Assembly (NCBI GenBank): GCA_049287525.1
Contig: JBAQFZ010000008.1
Location: 23,541-87,540, forward strand
DNA from: Halobacteriota archaeon
Lineage (GTDB): Archaea; Halobacteriota; Syntropharchaeia; Alkanophagales; Methanospirareceae
Length of the DNA: 64,000 nucleotides
Reading direction: 5' to 3'
Each line of letters starts with the position of its first letter. Position 1 is the first letter of the stretch. This document shows, in pieces, positions 19,542 to 27,190 of this stretch. A model generated the notes under the pieces. The model saw only the letters and a program-made list of their open reading frames with translations. It did no database searches and was not told where the DNA came from. The translations under genes and the position numbers were made by a program.

Positions 19542-20492
19542 ATGACTATGCGATACCTGCTTGTTGGACTGGGGAATGCCGGAATTGCAATTCTTAACGC
19601 TCTACTGGAGTACAAAGAGATAAAGAGTGCAAAGCCAAAGCCGGTTATTATCCTGCTACGGTCCGAGAGCGAGGGAGTGGATAAGATAGCAACTGCGTTA
19701 GAGCGAGCAAAAGGCGGGGGCGTTGATTTCGCGCTTCTCTTCACGGGATTTAGCAATAGTAATAATAGTAATATATCAGCAGCGGAAATATTGAATGATC
19801 AAAAGATAAAGACGCTTTTTATTGGCATTCTGCCTGCGAATAGAAGAGAAGAGCAGGAGGAGATAGTAAGTGTATATTCGTCACTGGAGAAGCTAAAAGC
19901 GCATGTGAAATCATTTATAATCGTGGATAACCAGCGTATAGCGCACCATCCAAACTACAAGGAGTTTTATCCACGGTATAACAGGTATATCGCCTCGTGC
20001 CTCGTGGACATCCTCGCAGGGATTCGTGTAAAGGACAGGGCAAACGTGTCCGGGGCGCAATCTGCCCTCCTTCCCATAGAAGAAGTGGTAAAGGCACTGT
20101 CTTTCAATGCTGAGCCGGGCTATGTGGCGGTATCGCGCAGTTCAGAACTTACAAAGGGCTTGATGGGTTATATCGTCCCGTTTACAAGGCACAAACCGCT
20201 TGACCTCAGAACGCTGCTACGGGTTTCGCTGGAGAAGTTCAGCGTTTCTGATGCACCGATAGTCTGTGATAAGAGCGTTTGTTTCCTGCGTGTGCCGGAT
20301 TATTATGTCAGGAGTGGGGGTGTGGATAAGAAATTAATAGAGGAATTCTTGCTCACGTATTCAAAAGAGAGCCATCTCGCGGTATCCGTTACGGGGCGAA
20401 ACACGGTGGCGATCACTAATTTGTTCGTATATAAATTTGAGCAACTGGGTAGATTACGAGATATAAGGGGAGTTGCGCATGAGGCGATATAG
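19542..20492 (+). CDS. divergent FtsZ/tubulin-like protein with degenerate GTP-binding T4 loop
   Basis: YLLVGLGNAGIAILNALLEY aligns to the FtsZ T1 region IKVIGVGGGGNNAV. DFALLFTGFSNSNNSNISAAEIL aligns to the T4 region (GGGTGTG replaced). KTLFIGILPANRREE is cf. VTKPFxFEG. SFIIVDNQRIA is cf. FtsZ TIPNDKLL. Confidence 0.5.
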   Translation: MTMRYLLVGLGNAGIAILNALLEYKEIKSAKPKPVIILLRSESEGVDKIATALERAKGGGVDFALLFTGFSNSNNSNISAAEILNDQKIKTLFIGILPANRREEQEEIVSVYSSLEKLKAHVKSFIIVDNQRIAHHPNYKEFYPRYNRYIASCLVDILAGIRVKDRANVSGAQSALLPIEEVVKALSFNAEPGYVAVSRSSELTKGLMGYIVPFTRHKPLDLRTLLRVSLEKFSVSDAPIVCDKSVCFLRVPDYYVRSGGVDKKLIEEFLLTYSKESHLAVSVTGRNTVAITNLFVYKFEQLGRLRDIRGVAHEAI

Positions 20493-21810
20493 TGTAGTAC
20501 TTGCTCCGCTGGTGCTTTTAGGTTTGATTGCACTTGGTATCTTCATCTTCTTCAAGGGCGGGTCGGACCTTGCATTAATAACTATTATCTTTATCTTTAT
20601 CCCTGCAATGATAGGAGCGGCATTTATGGTTCGATACCTCGTTACGGTACGGAAAGGAAGTCTAAGGGAGAAGGTGATGGTGCGGGACGTGGAGGGTGTA
20701 GCGAACCGGTATGTAGAACAGATGCGGATTCTACACGATTTCGAGGATAAATACGGTATAAGCACGAGCGAATTCCGGCGCGAGCTGGAGAAGGTAAAAG
20801 AAGGTTTAGCCGAACTGGGCTGTGAGGTAAATGGAAGGGTAAGGATGGACCGTGTGAAGCAAAGGAGCGTGGTCTTTGCCGATGTTGAATGGGTGACTAA
20901 GATGTTCGATGGTATAAAAGAGCGGCATGAAGTCGTACTTTATTCCCGGATGATAGAAAGAAGCAGGGCTTATCTTGATGGGCTAAGAGCACTTGAAGAC
21001 GCAGGCTATGATGGTATCCGGGGCAACATAGAGCAGATAGAATCAAAGATAGTGGAGGACGAGAACCTGAAGAAGGATTCACTTGAACTCTCCATCTTCA
21101 TGAATGAGCTGGATTCACGCATAGAAGAAGCGCTGAGAACCTGTTTGCATGATGCACACGGTTTAGAGGCGGAAGGTCGGGAGACGGCAAATGCGGACAC
21201 CGCCCGAGTCAGGACTGATATGAAGCTGGTCGAACATAGCATAGAGCGAGGAAACTACGAGAGCGCATCAAAAGTATTGAATAGCGTGATTGGGAGATTG
21301 AGCCGGATGCTGGCGGATGTGTTTGAACAATATAAGACAGACACGCTTGCGCTGACTGCCGTAGTTGTTGACATGCTGGGAAAGGAAGAAGAAGAGGTGG
21401 AGGTGGCAGTGGTGGATAGGGAGAAGGATAAGAATATGAATAAGAATAAGAAAGAGATAGAAGCGCTGCGGGAACACATCGAGAAGTGCATGACGCCTTC
21501 AGAGATGCGAAAGCTGCGGGCGTATGGAGATGCGCTCATATTAAAAGCAATAACCGCTTTAGAGGCGACTTATAATAAGATATTCACGATTGAAGAGCAA
21601 ATACTGCGGGAGAACCCGGCAACGGAATTGTATCCCGTGGAATACTGGACCAGGGATAAGATAGGCGAGATAGAGGAACTCAGGTCAATGCCAAAATCGG
21701 AAGTCAGTGATTTTGTTCGCAGATACCGTCTCTTAGCATCCGATGCTATTTCGCGGTTGGTGTATGATTCCGAGAGCTTAAGAAGGCTATCTCGCAAGCA
21801 GCAGGCATAA
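20479..21810 (+). CDS. membrane-anchored coiled-coil protein (2 N-terminal TM helices + long helical cytoplasmic domain)
   Basis: An ATG at 20479 has a GGGGAG 7 nt upstream (the track uses TTG at 20473). It overlaps the stop of the upstream gene. The sequence is E/R/K-rich with heptad periodicity. Confidence 0.55.
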   Translation: MRRYSVVLAPLVLLGLIALGIFIFFKGGSDLALITIIFIFIPAMIGAAFMVRYLVTVRKGSLREKVMVRDVEGVANRYVEQMRILHDFEDKYGISTSEFRRELEKVKEGLAELGCEVNGRVRMDRVKQRSVVFADVEWVTKMFDGIKERHEVVLYSRMIERSRAYLDGLRALEDAGYDGIRGNIEQIESKIVEDENLKKDSLELSIFMNELDSRIEEALRTCLHDAHGLEAEGRETANADTARVRTDMKLVEHSIERGNYESASKVLNSVIGRLSRMLADVFEQYKTDTLALTAVVVDMLGKEEEEVEVAVVDREKDKNMNKNKKEIEALREHIEKCMTPSEMRKLRAYGDALILKAITALEATYNKIFTIEEQILRENPATELYPVEYWTRDKIGEIEELRSMPKSEVSDFVRRYRLLASDAISRLVYDSESLRRLSRKQQA

Positions 21811-21874
21811 TTTATTTTATATCACATACGCGGAAACTTAATAACTACCAGGAATAAATATCTTTAAAGAGGTC

Positions 21875-22315
21875 TTGAGTATGGAACCGTTGAGTATAGG
21901 AATACTTATTGTTGCCCTGTTGATCGCCGTGGAAGTGGTATTGATGCTGGTAAAATTAAAGGTGGACAAGATGCTGCTTCTTATGCCCGCCACCGGTGTG
22001 ATATGCGCCACTATCGCGTTTGTATTGAATGAATACCGTGATAAAATACCGTTAGCTGTGTCTGCCGCTCTTGTTGTGATATACGTTATGCTTGCCGTGG
22101 GCGTAGTATTGGGACTACTTGGAATTTTGGTATGGCTAAAAGGGGAGCAGGAAGCGAAGAAGATAATCAGCACGGCAAAAGGAATAGATAGCGCAGTTGC
22201 CCGAATTGACAGCGATATGAAGGGAAGCGAGCTGGAATTAGAGCATTTCGACGACGAGATGAGCGCGATAAAGACGAAGATGGCGGATTACGAGACGAAA
22301 GATAAGGAGGTCTGA
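21875..22315 (+). CDS. small membrane protein (3 TM) with C-terminal coiled-coil
   Basis: 146 aa; hydrophobic segments followed by KGSELELEHFDDEMSAIKTKMADYE. Confidence 0.5.
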   Translation: MSMEPLSIGILIVALLIAVEVVLMLVKLKVDKMLLLMPATGVICATIAFVLNEYRDKIPLAVSAALVVIYVMLAVGVVLGLLGILVWLKGEQEAKKIISTAKGIDSAVARIDSDMKGSELELEHFDDEMSAIKTKMADYETKDKEV

Positions 22316-22326
22316 TCGCGAGAGAG

Positions 22327-25017
22327 ATGGAGAAGGGTGAGGATACGGTAAACCGGATAGTAATAGGAATCGGTGGGCAGGGAGGCAGTATTGTAAACAA
22401 CCTGTTAAGGATGCTCAAGACAAAGACCGGGAAGGTGCCGAAGAATGAGGAGTTTTTGATTATTGATACCGATCAGGCATCAGCAAATGCGTGCACCGAA
22501 GTAGAAGAGCGAAGGAAGATAATACTGAGCAGACCCGATACGATATTGATGAAGAACGCGAACAGATGGCTGCCGGACCCATATCTTGCGGCTGCCGGCG
22601 CGGGATGCGGACAGCACCGGATATATGGCAGGGCGATGTATAACGTGCATCGCGAGCGGATATTCAGTGCGATAGGAACAGCCGCATCGGAATTGCGTAA
22701 CCGGACTGGTGGTAAGGACTTCTTCATTCTGATGGTCTGCGCATTGGGCGGGGGGACCGGTTCGAGTATGCTGCTCGACGTGGCGATAGACATCCGGGAT
22801 TGGATTTCAAAACAGTTTGGGTCAGAACCGGTGATGTTCGGAATAGGTATTCTACCTTCGAGCAAGGAGTCCGTGCTCCCGACTGGTAATGCCCTCGGTG
22901 CACTGAAGGAGCTCCATTTCCTCATGTCACATACCGGAGACATCATAATAGACGACAAGAATTATTCTAATCCATTCAAGCTGTTCTTCCTTTTAGGTCG
23001 TGACCTTCAGGGGCAGAACCGAGATGAGGAACTGGAAAGGGCGATACCAAGGTTCCTTCTCGACCTTGGTTTCTTGCCTGGCGGGACGGTAGAGACGAAG
23101 GGCAAGTGGCTTGACCTGAACGACCTGCAGAACCGTGCAAGGGGCTACGAGAACCGGTTTGATTCCCTGGGTTATTATGAATGCGTATTCCCCAGCGATA
23201 AATTGTTCCTTTATTATGACATCGAGGATGAGATACCGGTAGTCAGGCAGCGACTGGTAGAGATAGAGGCGCGAACCGCGGATATACGCGATAAAATAGT
23301 CTTGCAGCGAGGCGAACTGGAACGGTTTGAGGGCAGGATAAGAGATGCTCAGCGAGAGATAGATAGATACGAATCGGGGGGTGGACTGCTGTCGCACGTA
23401 AATGAGGGCGCAATCCGAGATGCGAAGGCGAAACTGGAAAGAGCGAAGAAGAAGTTATCGGATTTGAAAGAAGGCGTGTTCAACCTTGAGATACGGGTAA
23501 GTGATGCGGAAGAGGAGAAGCGGGTGATGGAGCGTAAGTTAGAACGGCTTGAGGCGTTAAAGAACAAGCTGCTCCGGGAGATAACCACGCCGGCGAATAC
23601 GCGAAGTTATCACCAGATAGAGCTTTCGGAGGATGAAGTGCGCGGCTTAAAGAAGAGCAGGGAAGACCTGAAGAATCTATCGTTCTTAGAGATTATGAAT
23701 AAACTGGATAGGGCGGAGGAATATTTCCGATGGACGCATTCGCCGATAAATGAAGGGGACGTGATATTCAATCCAATGGTAAACTACCGACATGCCATCG
23801 AGAATACCATGACCTCGAAATATATAGGCATCCTGAACGATTACGGATTCCTGACGGTAGATGCGCAGGGTAATGTGGTGAACGAGGAGGAGAAGTTCGG
23901 GCATTTCATCGCGGTATTGAGCACGAGGGCGGATAATTTCGATGATGGTCGGCTTGGCGGTGGCGCGTTTAAGAGCATGGTGACGGCACGATTCGCAAAA
24001 GATGCAGACGTGTTAAAATTGGATGCGCCGGCGCGTGCACACAGTTTCGCTATATACACGCTTATGATTGGACTGCAACCCTGGGCGTCAGGTCCAGGAC
24101 TACCGCCGCGACTGCGTGAATTTGAATGGATAGAGAAGGCGTATAAAGAGAGTGAGTTCTCTAAGCTACAAAGACATCATTCATTCTTTTACGGGACTAA
24201 TAAGCCGTTCTCTATGATTACTGATATACCGTACACACCGGGTGCCGAGGATAAGAATAGGGATATGGTGACGAACTACTGGCAGAATTACGAGATAATA
24301 GAGCCCGGGGTCTTATGGGATAATGTGCCTATCATGCTTGCGCAATGCCTGAAGATGTTTGATGATCTCTTAGTCGGGCTGGATATAGCAAGCGATATAA
24401 AGAACGTGCGGGTTCCGGACCCGGAGAGCTACTCAATCGCGAACCTCACGATGCTGGTTCACGAACTGGAAACCGCAGGTAGAAGTATGGAGAAGGTGAA
24501 TCAATGGACTAAAGAAGCAGGACGTGGGTTTACACATCTGAAAGACGAACTTGACGACTTGATAGTCCGGTTAAAGGGTACGGATGCCGGGCGACCTGCG
24601 GAAGACAAAGCGGGTAAGATGCTCCGGATGATTGACGATTCTAAGCGGGACATGGAGATATTGCTGGACCGGATTGATGATATGTCAAACAGCTTCAGTA
24701 ACGAGATAGAAGCATTCGTGGAAGGGGCAAAGGACTTTATCGGTAAGATTCCCTCGGGTGAGACCACATCAAGTGTGATAAGGCAGATAACAAAAGCGGA
24801 GACGGAGATTTCAAGGATACGAGAGAGCAGTATGAAAGCGGCGAAAGGGATAAGAGAGATGAGCAGTCCTCTGGCAACGCTGTTAGCAGCATTAAAAGAG
24901 CTGAAGGGAATAGTGGAACCAGAAGGAGAAGTCGAGGCGGGAGTAATGGAAGTGCATGGCGGTAAGGAGATGGAACTGCCTGATTTATCTACGGACATAA
25001 GGAGGAAAGAAGATTGA
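22327..25017 (+). CDS. FtsZ/tubulin-superfamily GTPase fused to ~600-aa coiled-coil extension
   Basis: T1 is IVIGIGGQGGSIVN. T2-like is LIIDTDQASA (cf. FtsZ NTDAQAL). T3 is AAGAGCGQH. T4 is the canonical ALGGGTGSS. IIIDDKNYSNP is cf. FtsZ IPNDKL. A long E/R/K-rich helical region follows. Confidence 0.7.
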   Translation: MEKGEDTVNRIVIGIGGQGGSIVNNLLRMLKTKTGKVPKNEEFLIIDTDQASANACTEVEERRKIILSRPDTILMKNANRWLPDPYLAAAGAGCGQHRIYGRAMYNVHRERIFSAIGTAASELRNRTGGKDFFILMVCALGGGTGSSMLLDVAIDIRDWISKQFGSEPVMFGIGILPSSKESVLPTGNALGALKELHFLMSHTGDIIIDDKNYSNPFKLFFLLGRDLQGQNRDEELERAIPRFLLDLGFLPGGTVETKGKWLDLNDLQNRARGYENRFDSLGYYECVFPSDKLFLYYDIEDEIPVVRQRLVEIEARTADIRDKIVLQRGELERFEGRIRDAQREIDRYESGGGLLSHVNEGAIRDAKAKLERAKKKLSDLKEGVFNLEIRVSDAEEEKRVMERKLERLEALKNKLLREITTPANTRSYHQIELSEDEVRGLKKSREDLKNLSFLEIMNKLDRAEEYFRWTHSPINEGDVIFNPMVNYRHAIENTMTSKYIGILNDYGFLTVDAQGNVVNEEEKFGHFIAVLSTRADNFDDGRLGGGAFKSMVTARFAKDADVLKLDAPARAHSFAIYTLMIGLQPWASGPGLPPRLREFEWIEKAYKESEFSKLQRHHSFFYGTNKPFSMITDIPYTPGAEDKNRDMVTNYWQNYEIIEPGVLWDNVPIMLAQCLKMFDDLLVGLDIASDIKNVRVPDPESYSIANLTMLVHELETAGRSMEKVNQWTKEAGRGFTHLKDELDDLIVRLKGTDAGRPAEDKAGKMLRMIDDSKRDMEILLDRIDDMSNSFSNEIEAFVEGAKDFIGKIPSGETTSSVIRQITKAETEISRIRESSMKAAKGIREMSSPLATLLAALKELKGIVEPEGEVEAGVMEVHGGKEMELPDLSTDIRRKED

Positions 25018-26096
25018 GGCGTATATTATCTTATAGCTCGCTTGCCGTTCTGGCACCTGTACTTGTACTTGTAGTTCTGTTTTCATGCGTGGGAATGAGT
25101 ATTGCTGCTGCTGCGGTTCAGGACGTGCTGAAGCTGAACGAAGGGCAGTCGTATGTCCGCAATTTAGAGCCGAGCAGGGTAGCGAGAATTAGCTATGACG
25201 CGTTTTTGAATAGCAATCAATTTGAAGGGGATACGCTTGAATTTCATATCTTCGTGGATAAGGTAGAGAAGGCACCCATTTTAGATGATTATGTCTTAAA
25301 ACTGGAGACAAATCTGGAGAATCCCGAATGGAAATTCGGCGATGACCTCTATCACTCTGCCGAGGTGATTGTATGGGAGGGCGAAGAAGCGCACACGCGC
25401 ATGGTTCCCGAGATTATACTATCTGGTGAGGTTCCCGCACCGATAATAACCATAAAAGAGCCGGGGTTCAACTACGATATTGATGGTATAGGGCAGGATA
25501 AGGTATATGTCAAATTAACTGTCGGGACGGTAAAGGAAAAGGAGGGGGCGACATTGAAGACCATCATCCAGAAACTGGAGCCGACAATGACGTTCTTCTC
25601 CACGAATGAGGGGATACAGAGCGCGAAGAGCGAGATGGATGAGAACCTGGAAGTGGCAAAAGGCAAGATTGGGGAGACGGAATTAGGAAAGGATATAGAA
25701 GAGCTCTACAAAAATGGGCATCCGGGTTGGGCATCTAAATTATCAACCGATTATAAGGCGCTATCGGTAGTGGCAGAGCCACCGCCAATTATGCTTTATG
25801 CCCTCGCCGCGATGATACTCGGGTTGATATTAGGTGCGGGATTCGTGTATGTGTATGTCTCGCGAGGCGGCGGCAAAGGTGTGGACGTGAGTGAGATTTC
25901 GTCAGAGCTGGATGATACTTCAGGTAGAATAGCAGAGAAGTCGGGTGCAATCAATGCGATTTCAACGAGGTTTGCGCGCAGCGCAGATGAAGAGCAGAGG
26001 GGCGCGGCGAGGGAGTTGCTAAAGATAAGAGCGAGTTTGAATGAGCTCGCGAATGAACTGAGGGCAATTGCAGATAGGATAAGGGGTTCGAGATAA
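25014..26096 (+). CDS. signal-peptide protein with ~230-aa extracellular domain, one TM and C-terminal cytoplasmic coiled-coil
   Basis: A TTG start overlaps the stop of the upstream gene (tTGA), with GGAGG 8 nt upstream. A TM helix (LYALAAMILGLILGAGFVYVYV) is followed by a helical tail. Confidence 0.55.
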   Translation: MRRILSYSSLAVLAPVLVLVVLFSCVGMSIAAAAVQDVLKLNEGQSYVRNLEPSRVARISYDAFLNSNQFEGDTLEFHIFVDKVEKAPILDDYVLKLETNLENPEWKFGDDLYHSAEVIVWEGEEAHTRMVPEIILSGEVPAPIITIKEPGFNYDIDGIGQDKVYVKLTVGTVKEKEGATLKTIIQKLEPTMTFFSTNEGIQSAKSEMDENLEVAKGKIGETELGKDIEELYKNGHPGWASKLSTDYKALSVVAEPPPIMLYALAAMILGLILGAGFVYVYVSRGGGKGVDVSEISSELDDTSGRIAEKSGAINAISTRFARSADEEQRGAARELLKIRASLNELANELRAIADRIRGSR

Positions 26097-26126
26097 TTAA
26101 GCGATGGCTGCAGGAGAAAATGAAAC

Positions 26127-26333
26127 GTATTTGTATAGCTACATAAAAAAACCACGAGATTTCACAAGATTAACACAAGAAATTGAGATTATTAGCGGAT
26201 AAAGTAGCCAATAGTATACTGAAACTATGTTAATATCATTCTTTTTCTCGTGAAATAAACCCATTCTGGGTTTTAGAAGAAACCCGTAGGGTTTCCTGTG
26301 GACGTGGGCAGAGCCCACGAGTGTTAATCAGTG
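26127..26333. mobile_element. MITE-like repeat copy 2 (full, with two hairpins)
   Basis: Left module ccacgagatttcacaagattaacacaagaaattga; hairpins gaaacccgtagggtttc and cgtgggcagagcccacg; right inverted end gtgttaatcagtg. Confidence 0.6.
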
Positions 26334-26424
26334 TCTATAAAGACGCGGGCTTATCTGGTGCTTAGAATATGGTATTTCGCAAGAGCCAAGAGCTATACAC
26401 CTATGTTAGTTAAGTTCGTCCTCA

Positions 26425-26976
26425 CTATTTTCTTAATAGAGTCCAGTCAACGCAGCCGGGCTTATACCTGCGCCTTAACGCATCCTTTCGGCTGCTGCTT
26501 TCGCATTCTTCTATCTCGGTATCTATAATTTCGCGCACCACCGCAGCCACTTCTGCTACGCGCTTATCGCTGGTGTCCACCTCGTAGACCACAGCGCAGA
26601 GTTCAACCGCTTCTGTTAATATGATGTCCAGCGTTTCCGCATCCACATTCTCATCTCTCTTTCGCGCGGAGAAGCCTCTTTGCATTAGCCGTTTGGAGAG
26701 CAACAAAGGATTTGCACGCAGCACGATTACTACATCCGGGTTCAGTAGATGTGCTAAGTGGCTCTCTATCAGTAAAAAAGGTTTACGCACCTGTTGCAGG
26801 TATTCTTCTATTTTAGCGAGGTCTGCGATAAAGGAACCCCTTTCGGTATCTATACCGGTGTAGAATCCTTTTTCTTCTATTACACTATTCAAATCTATAT
26901 ATTCATATTCAAGCCCAAGTGCTTTGCATACACTTGTCTTTCCGGTGCCCGGAGTTCCGGTGATGGCGAGTCTCAT
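26425..26976 (-). CDS. adenylate kinase isoenzyme 6 / Fap7-like NTPase
   Basis: P-loop ITGTPGTGKTSV; motifs SHLAHLL, VVIVLRA and VDTSD; 183 aa, typical of archaeal Fap7/AK6. Confidence 0.7.
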   Translation of the reverse strand: MRLAITGTPGTGKTSVCKALGLEYEYIDLNSVIEEKGFYTGIDTERGSFIADLAKIEEYLQQVRKPFLLIESHLAHLLNPDVVIVLRANPLLLSKRLMQRGFSARKRDENVDAETLDIILTEAVELCAVVYEVDTSDKRVAEVAAVVREIIDTEIEECESSSRKDALRRRYKPGCVDWTLLRK

Positions 26977-27190
26977 AACTTCTATTTACCGAGAAAACCA
27001 TAAAGTTTTATATAGCAGGTACGAGATAGGATAGAAGAGGGGAAAAAGGGGAGAGATGCCGGGAAGAGAAGAAGCGGAGAAGAAGATAAGCAAAGGGCGG
27101 AAGGATAATGCTAATCAGAAGGGAAGAACAGGCAAAGTTTTATATATCCCCTTTTTGATAGAAGAGATTAGGAGGTGAGAACGAAAAAAA

